Positions 41,338 to 61,548 are shown, counted from the stretch's first letter. The stretch is DNA of 64,000 nucleotides from Paragordius varius (GCA_964247055.1 OZ176052.1:6076001-6140000); one strand, 5' to 3'. Notes: generated by a model from the letters alone, not told the origin. Numbers and translations: made by a program.

Positions 41338-42242
41338 AATGTTTAAATTAATTTTAAAAATAATTTTAGACAAAATAATGTTTTTAGACATATTAATCTG
41401 TCATAATTCGGTTACAAAACAAAGTGGGTTTAAACTAAAATATTAATTGGCTTGTTACCATTTTTGAATTAATGGCAAGGAAAATTCTTCCAAAAATTCA
41501 TAAAATTGAACAACGGTTTTTGGTAACAATGTGAGTTCCATAGGTTGTTGCCCAAAACATATATTGTAAATATTTTTTTCTATCTAATTGAGAGGATTAA
41601 AAAATTTTTACTTCGATTTTATTATTTTCAATCACATATATATGAAGGTAATTATTTAATATATTTTTGAATTGCAAAATGTATGGAGAAATACAGGGTA
41701 CCCTGTCGTTCTTAACACAACTTAGGATGTTTTGATATGTTAAATGGTCATAAATGGAATGACAATAGGGACTTATATATACCAAAGATAATGTAATATT
41801 CAGTAAGCTAGAATATTCATCTAACAATCGAATAAAAGATAATTTTAGAGATTGCCAGGATGTACCAGTAGTCATATATATAATTTCTAGATTTAATTAT
41901 TTACATTAAACTTAGTGGATAAAAATTATTGGCAATCACCCAGTTCATAATGGACATTATATTTACCTTAAATTAATGATATTATTACTTTATTGGGTAA
42001 ATTTAGGGTAAAATAATCATCTATATATAAAATAAAAAATTACCTGAACCAAACATATATGAATTTATATATATTAGCAAGCATTTTGAATATTTTTTAA
42101 TAACATTTTTATAATGTGATAAAATCTTGAGTAGGACATGCTCGCCACACATTTTATAATTGTGATAGTAGGAGTATATCTCCTCATCGTATTCAACTAC
42201 AAACAAATATTTAAATTTTGTGTCCATTAAACTCAGTATCAC
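36576..42242 (-). CDS. Unidentified multi-exon gene; possibly a divergent adaptin large-subunit-like protein
   Basis: Exon-like ORFs at 42242-42021, 41875-41597, 41230-40709, 40332-39613, ~39500-39360, ~38160-38050, 37832-37720 (joins the next in phase: LHEE/LCNYDD), ~37540-37370 and terminal 36788-36576. The last exon (THLGFSLIGKR...LVFLCE...KVSIDS) and ILSHYKNVIKK weakly recall adaptin appendage and trunk motifs. Confidence 0.45.
36897..37225. mobile_element. CCATTT-terminus MITE family 1, copy 3
   Basis: TATA|CCATTT ... AAATGG|TATA; 2 units left, 5 right. Confidence 0.9.
38185..38624. mobile_element. CCATTT-terminus MITE family 1, copy 4
   Basis: TA|CCATTTACAG ... GTAAATGG|TA; 5 units left, about 8 degenerate units right. 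Confidence 0.9.
41276..41335. repeat. (AT)30 microsatellite, the longest of many (AT)n tracts in the window
   Basis: Uninterrupted AT dinucleotide run of 60 nt. Confidence 0.95.
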
Positions 42243-43598
42243 GGTGATATATTTAATTGCGCATTGTGGTCAAATCTACCGTGATTCAAATTTTGAAAAT
42301 CACATTGTTACGCGATATTCTCATCCACCATATGTATATATAGATCGCAATATTAGCTACATAGATTTTGTTGTTGGGAACTAAATGCCCTATTCCAAAA
42401 AGCTCTGTAAAATTATTAAAAAATACAAGTATTCTATATTATTAAATTTATATATGAGCAAAAGTCCACATTTTTGGGCTCAGGCAATCATATATTTTCT
42501 TAATATTAGGACTAAAATTGTTAACGAGTGAGCTTAGACAATATTTGAATATATATATATATATATATATAATATAAAGACTACTAAAAATGGGTTTTAA
42601 TTCATACTTTTATCTTTATACATAATATATATATACAAAATTTATTTAATTTTGAAAATCTCCATATTAGATTATTATTGGAAAAGGCTCGATTTTTGGC
42701 GCCATTTTTCTGTAAATCTTATTGGGAATATCGTTTATAATTATAAGGTTGATTTAAGTTTATCAGTTATTAAACAATTTATAGCGTAAATTTATAAAAA
42801 AAACAGTTTAATTAGCAATTTATTTCATCTCCTCATTTACTGATCTAAAACCTTGAATTAAAGAATGAAATAGAAAATATTATATAATTTAATATTATAT
42901 TCATATGCATGAATCTATATACAGTCCGTCCGAAATCGGTAATAAACTATTTATATTCTGATGGGTAAAGTATCAGAATTATCATGGTGCATATAGTTTT
43001 GCCTCTTGCGAACAAAATTAAATGCTAATTTTTAATTTTGTAGTAATTGCTCCATAGAAGATTGCAAAAATTAAGCCCATTTTTTAAATAAATTCTTTTG
43101 GTGAAAATATCACTAATATATCATAAATTATGAGTTGGGTGATTAACTTGCAAATTTTTCAAGTCATGGCTTGATTCCATTCAATCAAAAATTTAACATT
43201 AGATGACTTAACTCAAACAAGAAACTTGATTCAGTGCTATACAATAATAAGATCTAGTAATACTTGATTTCGCAACTGTTGTATAGGGCACACTTGACAG
43301 ATTTAAAAATGTGGATAAAATTATTACTATTTATGAATATAATTTAGGTTAAATATGTTATTAAAAACTTTTTTGACCGTTTACTTATAATTTTTGGCTA
43401 ATTAACCTAAAAATTAAGGTTCTCAAAAAAATAAGCTGATGAAATCAGGATTATCATGGTGCTTTTGGTTTTGGCTCCTACGAGTGATTTTGGAAAGTTA
43501 TTTACACTTTTGTGGTAAGTTCTTTATCTCAAATTTTTACAAATTTTACGCACATTTGTTATATAAATTTTTTTGGTAAAAGCTAGAAGCTCCCTTAT

Positions 43599-44819
43599 CA
43601 CTTGGATACAACACATTCATTTCAGTCCTTCAATTTTAATTAGGGTCGTGGGATGCTCCAAGTTTATTTAAAATAAAGTTTTCAAAAGAATGGATTAACA
43701 AAAAAGTTTGCACCAATGAACCAAAATATAAAAAAATTCAATCAAATTGATATTACTTATTAAAGCTAAACCCCAAAAGTAAAAAAATAGGCATATTATT
43801 TTTTAAAAATACCAACTTAAATTTAGGGTGGGGTGATAAAAAAATTTTGACTTGACTTGCAAGTTTTTCAAGTCATGGCTTGCTTTCATTGTGATAAAAA
43901 AATTTTTACATTACACGACTTAAGTCAAGCAAGAAAACTTGATTCGGAGGTGATAAAAAATCATATGACCAAGTAAAACTTAAAGATTTTGCAAGTGTGG
44001 TGTAGGGCACACTTGACAGATTTTAAAATATGGCTCAAATTATTTTGGAAACTATTTATGTAAAAATTTAGGTTTTATATGTAATTCAAACCTTTCTTAA
44101 TGCTATAAATTGTTAATTTGATAAATTTGGCTAATTAACCTATTCATTGGGTGGATATAAAAGGGGATACATTTATAGAAAAACTCTGCTAATATTTAAG
44201 AACATGGCATATAAAAAATGATAAATATATCAATTCCGTGGACGCAAAAAAATTTTAGGTTATTTCACTATTAACTAATGTAAAGAAATATTTGATCATA
44301 AATTTATTTCGAATGTAAGGTTGATAATCAATTAAAAATAATAATATGTTATATTGTAATAAACATCCTCTAATTATATTTGCAAATGGACCCCAAACAA
44401 AATGAGTAGTGTGGTAAAATAATGGAAAGTGTTAAATGGGCGAATGGTTTCATCAATCTAAAAATTATTACCAGGCTCAAAAAACTCTATAATACTAAAT
44501 AAGATACGTGCCAGTGAGTTTGAAAAACTTCAATAATGCATATTGTATTAATTGTTTATCTTTTTGTGCCTTATTACATAAATTTTGGCTGAAAATGATC
44601 AAAATAATCTTGTAAAATTCGAATTTGGTGGCAAATAAATGTTACATTCATAACCAAAAGACTTGACCTAAGTGTTTTTTTATCACCGATCTTCAAGTGT
44701 ACACTTGCTGGCTTAAGTAAACTTGCTCAACTTGCTACGCTTGGCTTACAAGTCAAGTGCGACATTTTTATCATCCCACCCTTAGACTGAGGTATTTAGA
44801 TACCCCGATTTTCGAAGTG
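43599..44819. mobile_element. piggyBac-like MITE family A, third copy, interrupted
   Basis: CACTTGGATACAACAC start and TTCGAAGTG end; split by the 43826-44781 insertion. Confidence 0.7.
43826..44781. mobile_element. PIF/Harbinger-like non-autonomous element
   Basis: TIR GGGTGGGGTGATAAAAA / TTTTTATCATCCCACCC with TTA on both sides. Removing it restores the host sequence seen in the 2326-2906 copy (TTAAATTTAG.CTG.GGTATTTAGATACCCC). Confidence 0.8.
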
Positions 44820-46307
44820 TTTTTCAAAATATCACTAATATATAATATAATTTAAAAAGCAAAATGTTATTTTCAACAAATTTAATGTTTAGATATTAGG
44901 CTCCGAAATCAACTTTTTTCGCTCTTCTAAAATGGGCTATATTTTTAATAGACGCAAAATTGCCGAGAAAAATTTTATGCTAAGTTTTGATATAAAATAA
45001 AAATAATTTTTTTAAAAATGCATACTTTCAAAAATTCAATTTTTAGCCAAATTTTGCTGAAGCGTACTTCATACTCTTTTGAGGCATGAGGGAGACGGTA
45101 TAAAAACGCTTTAAGATAATATAAAAACACATTTTCTATATATCTCAATGATACTGATTTCTATCACCTCAGATCATTAACACTCCATTATCTTTTGGGA
45201 TAGTTTTATATCCATAGCCATTTAAATTTAATATCTTAAAAAGTATTTATAGTATAGGCCGAATTTAAAAATATGCTTTCCTTAGTCTTTTAGCCACATT
45301 ATACAAAAAAAAATTTAAAAATGTAAAATTAAAAATTTTCAACTCTTACTTTTTAGCCTCCATTTTATTATTTAATCGCTATGCAACAGCCAAATAAATA
45401 AAATTAATTACAGTATGACTAAGTATACATTGCTAGAAAGCTATTAAATTGCCAAATAGTAAATACAAAAAACGGCAGTATTATTGGCTAATAATAGGAA
45501 AAAGTGAAAAAATAACTATAAGCCAATAATACTGCCCTTTTAATAATATAACTTTCTAGAAATGTATACTTATTCATACTGTAACTCTAAAAAGCTTCAG
45601 GCTACATTCTACCATCAAAAAACTTGATATATTTTGATTTCAATATCAACTGTTCATTTAAATCGTGTTTTGGAGTTCTCCAAATATAAGACTCTAGAAA
45701 TCATAAAACTTTAAAAATATAAGCTTTTTTATCTAATACATGAGAACTTGTTTGTTAATATAATTTTTAAAATAACTTTCAACATTGTAGTTTATTTAAA
45801 AAAATGATCTCTGGATATAAAACTGCCCCAAAATTTGAACTAGGACAAAAAAGTGAAAAGGTGAAGTGTCAAATATTCCGTCTTCAAATTTATGTTAAAT
45901 ATAAATTGAGTTTTTTTACAAAAATTCACCAAGAGAAAGCAAAAACCTTTAAATTTAAATTCAGAGGTGATAGATATGTTCAGCATCATTGAATTATATA
46001 TAAAAGTGTTTTCTGTAATATCTAAAAGTGTTTTTTACCATTTTTACCATGCCTAAAAATAGTAGGAAGTACGCTTCAGCAAAATTTTGCTAAAATTAAA
46101 TTTTTGAAAAAAATATGCATTTTTTTGAAAATATTTTTATTGATAGAATTTAGCATTTATTCAAAATTTTCATCCCTCAACTCAGGTATTTTTGCGTTAA
46201 TTTTAAGAAAACTAGCTCATTTTAAAAGGGTAAAAAAATTTAGGACTTTAGAAAACCACGTCTAAAAATTAAATTTTTAAATATTGTTTAGCTTTTTATA
46301 TGTATTT

Positions 46308-46579
46308 CAGAGGCGTAGATAGGGGTGAAGAAAGGAGGGCTGATACACCTGGCGCCATAATTAAAGGAGCCGGATTTTGCAATTTTTTAATTTATTTTAA
46401 ATAATAGGTTAAGAAAAGTTTTTTTTTCAAATAATACATTTTAAAATCACCCATTTATGAGTGGTCATGTCCACAGTTTAAATGTGATTATTTTTTTAAA
46501 TGCAAGGGGTTGCATGGAAGGGAGGGAGCGCCATCACGGATTCATGTACCGGGCGCCAGAAATGCAAGCTACGCCTCTG
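46308..46579. mobile_element. hAT-type MITE (CAGAGGCGTAG termini)
   Basis: Perfect 11-bp TIR CAGAGGCGTAG / CTACGCCTCTG; 8-bp TSD ATGTATTT / ATATATTT (7 of 8). Confidence 0.88.
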
Positions 46580-47274
46580 ATATATTTTATAATATTTAGT
46601 GATATTTTTCGGAAGGAAGCCTCAAGATTTCAGCAAAATTTTATTTGAAAAAACGTGCGCAAATTTTGACAATTTATATAGAGCACTTACCACTAAACCT
46701 TCTTAAATCACTCGCAAGGGTCAAAACCATAAGTATCATGATAATCCTGATACATTTTCCTATCAGAATACATATATTTCATCAGCTTCTTTTTTATACC
46801 CCCCCCCCCCCCCGATTTCGGACGCAGTGTTAGGTGGATACAAAAGAGGATGAAATTCTTGGAAAAACATTGCTAAATGTATGTAAGATGCATCTAAAAA
46901 TATCCTAATATCATCGATTCCGTGAACCCGCAAAAAAAACATTTGCAAAAATCATAGATATTATTTAAATGTATTTGTAATTATCCCTCAACTAAATCTT
47001 TTTGGTATAAATAGTGTACAGTTAATTTTATTATAAGAAATTGATTAATTAATATCTGCAACATATACCTTACAAATTGAAAACTTGTTCGCTAATTCGT
47101 GCAATATCATAATAATTTTTTTCGCTTTTATTAGCAATTTATTTTGGATACAAGCCATTGTTTTGTATGAATTTATAGACAGGAGAGGTTAATTCATATT
47201 ATTAAAACATGTAAAGATTCTTTCATCATAAATTTATTTCATAATATGTTGTTATATATATCCTATTATATATA

Positions 47275-47824
47275 CAATTTTCCAATAATAAAACATTTTC
47301 CCAGTTAATTGAAACGTTTTCCAAGTCAATCGAAACATTTTCTAAATCAATAAAAACATTTTCCTTGTTAATAAAAACGGTTTTTTTTTAGATGATAAAA
47401 TATCAAAACCAAATATAAAAATATTTTTACCATCATGATCATATCAATAGGATTATAATTTTACAAAAACAAAATTATTTAATTATTATTTAAAGTTATT
47501 TTTTTTAATTCGATGAGTAGTTATAAATTTTGAGGTATTAAAAAAATATTTTTAAAGTCTTTAAAAAAAAATTATATTTTAACAATTGAGATTTCGCAAT
47601 ATATGATTTATTTATTGCCATAGAAAAAAATTGTCAGTAAATAATTTTTTGGTCAAAAGTTATTTTTGTAGCCTGTTTAGAAATTTATCATTAAAAAACA
47701 ACACCGTTTTTATATACTGGGATAATGTTTTTATTGACTGGGAAATCGTTTCGATCTGAGAAGCGTTTCGAATGATTGAGAAATCGTTCCAAATGACCGG
47801 GAAAACTTTTTGACTGGGAAATGG
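47275..47824. mobile_element. CCATTT-terminus MITE, family 3
   Basis: Right end GACTGGGAAATGG|TATA; eroded left end TATA|CAATTTTCC; 21-bp unit AAACATTTTCCCAGTCAATCG-like in both arms. Confidence 0.75.
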
Positions 47825-48704
47825 TATATATATATATATATATATATAATATATTGCTTAACCATATCTTTTAGCCAACATAACTAAATGGCATTTTTTA
47901 TGTAATCTAACAAAAAACCTAAAATCTAATGCGTTTTCTCGCTCTTCATTAATGAGTTATGGGCTTGGAAAATGCTTTGATGGAAGGTGGATTTTGCCAT
48001 CCCTTAATTAATAATTGGGTTTGAACAACGCTAAATAATAAGGGTTGATGCTACTTTTGAGGAAGGTCATGTACAACAATGTCTCAAGTCGTTAAGAATC
48101 CCTAATGTGACCATTAAACCATTCAACCTTATCTTAGCTTATTCGTCACCTTTATATTGCATTAATTAACTAGATGCTCTCTGACGCTTTAGGAATCTTT
48201 CTTTAGCGAGTTTTAGATCATTAGCTCACACTAAATTCTGTGTTGTCACCCAAACTACATCCATTTTTCTTTAGACTTTAGATTATAGTAAATGCTTATA
48301 ATATAATGCTCAATCGGCATGCATTGCCCAACCTTTTTTTACTGAAACCCGTATCCATCAGATAATAAATTATATGCAACGAATCACTCTTTCTTGGTTA
48401 ATGGCAAAGCATAATTAAAATACCATCAATACAATCATTATATAATTTTTTTAATTAAAGTGAAAGTTTATTAGTAAACTTTTTCATGCCACATTTTTCA
48501 TTTATTATATTTATATAAAGATTCATAATTATTACACATTTAACTTATGAATAATATTAAATTCATTTGATGGCAAATTTTTATCATATTAACATAAGTA
48601 TAATGTTTCAATTTCTACAAAATAAATCAAAAGATTTCATATTATAAAATACCATATTTTAATATTTATTTCAAACACATGTATATATATATATATATAT
48701 ATTA

Positions 48705-49219
48705 TCATATTTTTGATGCAGCTTCCAAGACTTCTAACCCAACAACATAATTTGGCTTATCTTTTTCCGATGCACGACCTAATTCTTGTTGATATTGGGC
48801 TAAGGCACTTTTCAATTCCTATCAATAAAATAATTATGATAATACATTTTGATCAATGTTCTCAGACGCAACCGCTTCTTCTGCTAATATCTGACAAGTG
48901 GAATCCGGATTGATTGTGACCGTTCCGCTACTAACTGACAATTAAAAAAACAAAAATACCAAAAACATTTTGTATTTTCCCATCCATCTCATGAATTTTA
49001 ACATATCCTGGTTTAAGGAGTGCTAATATAGGGACATGATTTGCAAGGACTCCAAAATCACCGCTAAATGATGGTACATCTACTTGTTTAACCGCTTTAG
49101 CTTCATAAAATACCTTTAAATATAATTTAATAAACCTTATTTGGTGAGGAAAAGGTTAAAATAAGATTGTTTGCAGAGGTACTTAAACGCCGATTTAAGA
49201 CGCGAAAATGCGAAAGCAT
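48705..49219 (-). CDS. ATP5F1D: Mitochondrial ATP synthase F1 subunit delta, 4 exons (absent from ORF track)
   Basis: Exons 49219-49136, 49113-48960, 48934-48846, 48818-48705; introns of 22, 25 and 27 nt. Peptide LTFSSPNKVFY...VKQVDVPSFSGDFGVLANHVPILALLKPG...FVSSGTVTINPDSTCQILAEEAV, with an Arg/Ser-rich presequence-like N-terminus. Confidence 0.96.
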
Positions 49220-49275
49220 GTGCTCTTTCGTCAGGTGTAAAAAAAACCTTTTTACGTCAGACATTTAGAAAGCTT
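49220..49275. promoter_or_regulatory. Inferred bidirectional promoter, ATP5F1D / CARM1 (56 bp between ATGs)
   Basis: ATP5F1D ATG at 49219 (minus) and first in-frame CARM1 ATG at 49276 (plus). Contains two CGTCAG motifs. Confidence 0.6.
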
Positions 49276-56443
<7,168 letters not shown>

Positions 56444-57642
56444 TTAATACTTTTGGATTTTTTGTTGTAACAATAGTATATTACCATTGCTGTTTATATG
56501 CATTTTTTAATAAGATACATAAATGTAAATATTTTTTTTCAAATGAAATCAATATTTGCCAATAATAATATATGCTGCCAGACCAATTTATTAATATATT
56601 TTTTAAATTAACATTTTTTCCTGCATTGATAAATTTTTAGTCCTTTGGTATGTTTGAAATTTTGATTTAAAATTATAAAATTTTAAAGAATAAAACTAAC
56701 ATATACAAATTTGTCCTATTCTATATGACATAAAAATTTGTGTATATCTTTATTTAAAACTTTTGGGTTTAATTAATCTTAAAAAAAGATTAAACAACTA
56801 GCTTTTTATATCTGCAATTTGGGTTTTAAAATAGGTTGAAAAAGCCAGTTGATGTTCAAATATATCATTTAGTGTTAGAGCATTATATCAAGTGTCATAT
56901 TTTTATTTAGTTATTGTGATTGCAAAAAAGATAGTTTATTCGGATAAAATAATAATTGAAGGTTTAATTTATATTACTGTCATACTATAATGACATACGG
57001 TTGAAAAATTATTCCTACTTATTTTAATTAGCAATTTCAGTTTTATATGTTGTTTCTGTTTTAATTTCTTAAAAAGGCGATTATTTATTATTACTGTTTA
57101 AATTTCATTTTTGATTATATTTTGACAATCTATTCTTAGGGAATAAACATAATTAACCGTTTGATTCTAATCAATAAATAAACTTTTTGTTATGGTCGAT
57201 AACAACTTGGTACGATTTTGTTAAATTATATCCTCTTATAACCTATCTGTTTCCACCATTAGTATGAATGTATGACGGAAAAAAATAATAATTTAGCCAC
57301 GACGGTTTCTGAAATCTATTTTACCCGACATTATTGATTTGGGTATCGCCGCGTCGGTCAACTGGCTTTCAATAAATAGGAAAGGGTGGGGACTTAAATG
57401 AAAAATTTATATTAAACTTAACTTTTTTACATATTTATAAACTGCGGGAATGGTCAGACTTTAAAAATATTTCGAATACCTGACGTCGAAATTAAGGCGA
57501 ATTTCCTTTCCAATGCACTTGTAAAAAAAAGTCTTTTTAAAATTTTTTTAACAATTTTCCATAACTGTATTTTTTATAAATACATACAATAAGATGAGAT
57601 TTTGTAAATTTTAATAAGAATGTTAGATTTAACGGTTTAATA

Positions 57643-59984
57643 CAGTGATACTCAAACCGCGGGCCGCATGCGGCCCTAAGAGTGCTTTACAATTGCCCTA
57701 TGACCATATTGATAGTAAAATATTTTTTATCGATGAAATTTTAAAATACACATAATCGGATTTTCGCTTATTTCAATATTAATTTATTTTATTTAAATTT
57801 AATTTTGGTATTTTTAATTTTTACCCAATTTGAAATGTTGACAAATTTCCCTACGTTAAAATGATTTCAAAATTTTGGAACAGTTGTTTTTGTTTCTGCA
57901 TTCTATTTTCTTTTTTTATTTTGAAATTATTGCACTCCTTTTTGTATTTAAGCAATTTCATCCAAACTTGCATATACATATTCTTTTCATTGCTATCCTG
58001 CATCATTTTTTATAACTCATTCCCATAAATATTTTCAAATCAACATCATTAAATTTCGACCTATTTTTTTATAGCAATTCAAATTATTTTCCTTTTTTTG
58101 AAATTTCATAATATTTAAACATATCAAAGGATGACATCTAATGCTAAAAAACGTAAATTATCCGATAAAATCGCTCCTTTTAAAAAGAGAATGGGAAGAA
58201 AAATTCTTTGTCGTTTTAAATAAAAATTTAACTAGCCTCATATGTAAGGACAATATATTAAAATACAATATTGAAAGACATTTTACAATCCATCATTCTC
58301 ACAAACCAGAAAATCATGAGGAAGGAAACGAAAAATATTAAAAATTATGGAATTATACCAGGAAGAAAAATCTACTATGTCCATAGCTTTCTCACAGGAA
58401 AGAGCTCTAACATTAGCTTCGTATGAAATTCGCTATATTTTAGGAAAAAATATGAAACCGTTTACTGATTGCCAACTAATCAAAGAATGTATAATAAATG
58501 GTTGCACTTTTTTATTTGATAAATTCCATAGTAAAGATCAAATCATGAGGCAAATTAAAAATCTTCAACTTTTTGATTCCACATGTGCTCGACGCATTAT
58601 CTAAATATATTTATTGGCTCTGAAAAACTACAAATAGTTCAGTATTGCAATCGATTCCAGCACTGATATAAGTTCAACACCTCAATGTGCGCTCTTCGTG
58701 AGATTTTGCAACGACAACATAATCAACGAGGAGTATTTGAAATTTTTACCAATGAATAATACCACAAAAGGCAGTGATTTTCTCGAATAATTAGCACTTT
58801 TTTCGATAATAATTGTATATATATATGAAAAAATTGGTTTCGATCTGCACAGATGGCTGTCCCTCTATGATTGGAAACAAGGGATTTTTTTGAACATATA
58901 TAATTTGCAAAATATTTGATTATTTCACTGCTTTATCCATCAACCTGGTTTCGCGTGCAAAACATGAATACTCAATTCAGTAATTTAAAACGGTTGTGGA
59001 TATAGTAAACCACAGGGGCAGAGAATTCTACCGCCGTAAATTCAAAAACCTTCTGAAAGATATCGACAATGAATTTGATGACATTCTTTTGTATACCACT
59101 GTGAGATGGTTAAGCCTTAGCAAAGTATCAAATAGATTTTTTGTTTTGTGAGAGGAAATATTATTTATAAATGATAACAGAAAGTTTGACGAAGAATTAA
59201 TAGTGACAAATGATGGGTTTTATTAGCCTACCTTTGTGACATTACTTATAAACTTAAGATTTTAAATAAAAGTCAAGGGACAAAAATAATAACCCAATTT
59301 GCTAATGGATATTAATTTAATCATATACAATTATTTAATTTTTTCTAATGAGATGAAATTCAGATTTCAGGAATTAAGAAATATTAAAAATTGCTTAAAA
59401 CTTGAAAATCCCTGGTATATGGATATATCCAATATTAAGCAACTTGAGCATTTCGATTTTGATCAGGTGCTATCATTGAAAAATTCGTTTTTAAAAATGA
59501 ATCCAATATGGAGGCTATATTCAAGGAGAATCGTAGAGTAGCAATTATGTAGAGTTTTTGCAAAATGTGCCAAATAAATAAATATAAAAGAAATGTGCTC
59601 AAGTTATCCCAACTGTTTTTCCCTACCCTTACACGTTTGAGACGGCATATTCAAGAATGAAGTATGTCAAGAATAATAGAAATCGCTTAACCGAAGATAT
59701 GGACGACGTATTAAGATTGGCCTGTCATGAGGCGAAACCAAATTTGTCAAAAATTATTGGTTAATATCAAAATAAATGTTGTTTATATTTTAATTTTATT
59801 AAATGGTGCAAAACGAGTTTTTAGCTGGATTACATCCGCAGAAAATCATTGTGCTGGTTTGAAGTATAAATATGTGCATATGTATCAAATAGCTATAGGA
59901 TATTTGCCATTATAAAGTTCATGGCCCTCGAAAAAAAATATATATTTAATTTGGCCCTTCCAATTTTTTTGGTGAGTACCACTG
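57643..59984 (+). mobile_element. Full-length decayed hAT transposon (SPIN/GTF2IRD2-like transposase pseudogene)
   Basis: TIR CAGTGATACTCA / TGAGTACCACTG; 8-bp TSD GTTTAATA / GTTTGATA. Broken-frame peptides WEEKFF...KYNIERHF, KPFTDCQLIKEC, IAIDSSTDIS, SICTDG, HCFIHQ, VRWLS, FSRMKYVKN..RNRL, with many stops and frameshifts. Confidence 0.92.
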
Positions 59985-60425
59985 GTTTGATATATAAATA
60001 ATTATTTATAAATATAATATAATGTTAATATTTGGACTCAAAACCAGGTCAATATACTGTCAAAATCAGAGTTGTTTTCGAAAATGTAAAACGTGGCGGC
60101 TATTTCTTAAAACATTGTACTAAATTTTTTCAATAGGTTCTTAAAATTTATCCTAGTTTCTATTATAAAATATATTTTTAAACAAAATTGAAAGTTATTG
60201 TGTATCCTGAGGTTAACAATAAATTACTATAAATATTATCTCAATTGTTTTTTCATATACATACTCATCCTTAAACATTTTTGATTCTCCTGAAACCTAT
60301 CAATTTACCCTTAAACATTTCGAATATAACCTAAAAATAATTATTTAATTATTTCAAAACAGGCAGAACAATCCAAATTAAACTAGAAAAATAATAAAAA
60401 ATTGTCTACACTTAAATCCCATTTG

Positions 60426-61440
60426 CACTGCGTCCATAATCGGCAGGGGGGGGGGGGGGGGGGGGTGGGGTAGGCATAAAAAATAATATGATAAAAATAT
60501 ATCAGGATTATCATGGTATAGTTTTGGCCCTTAGAAGTGATTTTAAATATTTGCACTTTTGTGGGTTTTATATCAGAAAATCTTAAAATTTTCGCACATT
60601 TTTATGATGAAATTTTATGATGGAAGCTGAATGTCCCGTTTAAAAAATTATCACTATGTATATCAAAATATTATATACCGTATCTATAAAAAATAACCTG
60701 TTTAAATATATAATTTCTGATAGGAAAATATATCAGGATTATAGTAATGATTTTGGTTTTGGCCCTTACGATTTTTAAGAAAGTTATTTATAGTTTTGTG
60801 CTAAGTGCGCCAGATCAAAAAATGGCAAAATGCGCTCATTTTAATAAAATATTTTTCTAAAAGTAAAATTCTTATTTTAAAAAAATAATTTATATTTAAA
60901 ATAAATTTTGAGGCGAACAAATATTTTAATCCCAATTCTGAGGTGAGAAAAACGTTCTGCATCATCGAATTATATAAAAAAATAATATCTTAAGGAGTTT
61001 TATATTGTTTCCATCTTGGCTAAAAATAGTATGAAGTACGCTATGCATGCATTTTTTAAAAAAATATTTATTGATATCAAAATTTAGCATATATTAAAAA
61101 TTCTATCGCAAAATCTCGGCATTTTTGTTTTTTAAGAGTACTAGCCATTGAAAGGGGAAAAACTTGGGACTTTCGAAACCCACAATTTAAAATTAATAAT
61201 TTATGAAGATATGTTTTGCTTTTTATATTTAATTTATAATAAATTTTAATGATATTTTTTGGATTGTAGCATTTAGCTTTCATTAAAAAATTTTATTTAG
61301 AAAAATGTGCGCAAATGTCCGCATTTTCTGATATGACTACCACAAAAGTTTAAATAACTTTGTTAAATTATGTGGGCCAAAACCAATAATATTATGATAA
61401 TCCTGATACATTTTTCTATCAGAATATATATTTCTTCAAT
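60426..61440. mobile_element. piggyBac-like family B non-autonomous element with long inverted arms
   Basis: Left end CACTGCGTCC followed by a G20 tract and the TCAGGATTATCATGG block; inverted copy of that block at ~61300-61435; 61020-61200 matches 46040-46260. Confidence 0.6.
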
Positions 61441-61548
61441 CGACACTGAATTGGCAAAAATTCGAAATGTTAAAGAGCTAATCAATGTGTTGAAAGGTGT
61501 GTTTGAATTTGTGAATACATATGTTTGAGGGTAATTCTAAATAGTAAT

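Larger units (their letters stand above)
42921..46829. mobile_element. Nested DNA-transposon cluster bounded by piggyBac-like family B ends
   Basis: Eroded left end ACAGTCCGTCCGAAATCGG; right end CCGATTTCGGACGCAGTG|TTAG; recurring subterminal block TCAGGATTATCATGG; ~250-bp inverted arms at ~44900-45145 and ~45995-46260. Confidence 0.65.

Noticed and set aside
41194-41391. ORF with poly-IY run
   Set aside because: Translation of the (AT)30 microsatellite.
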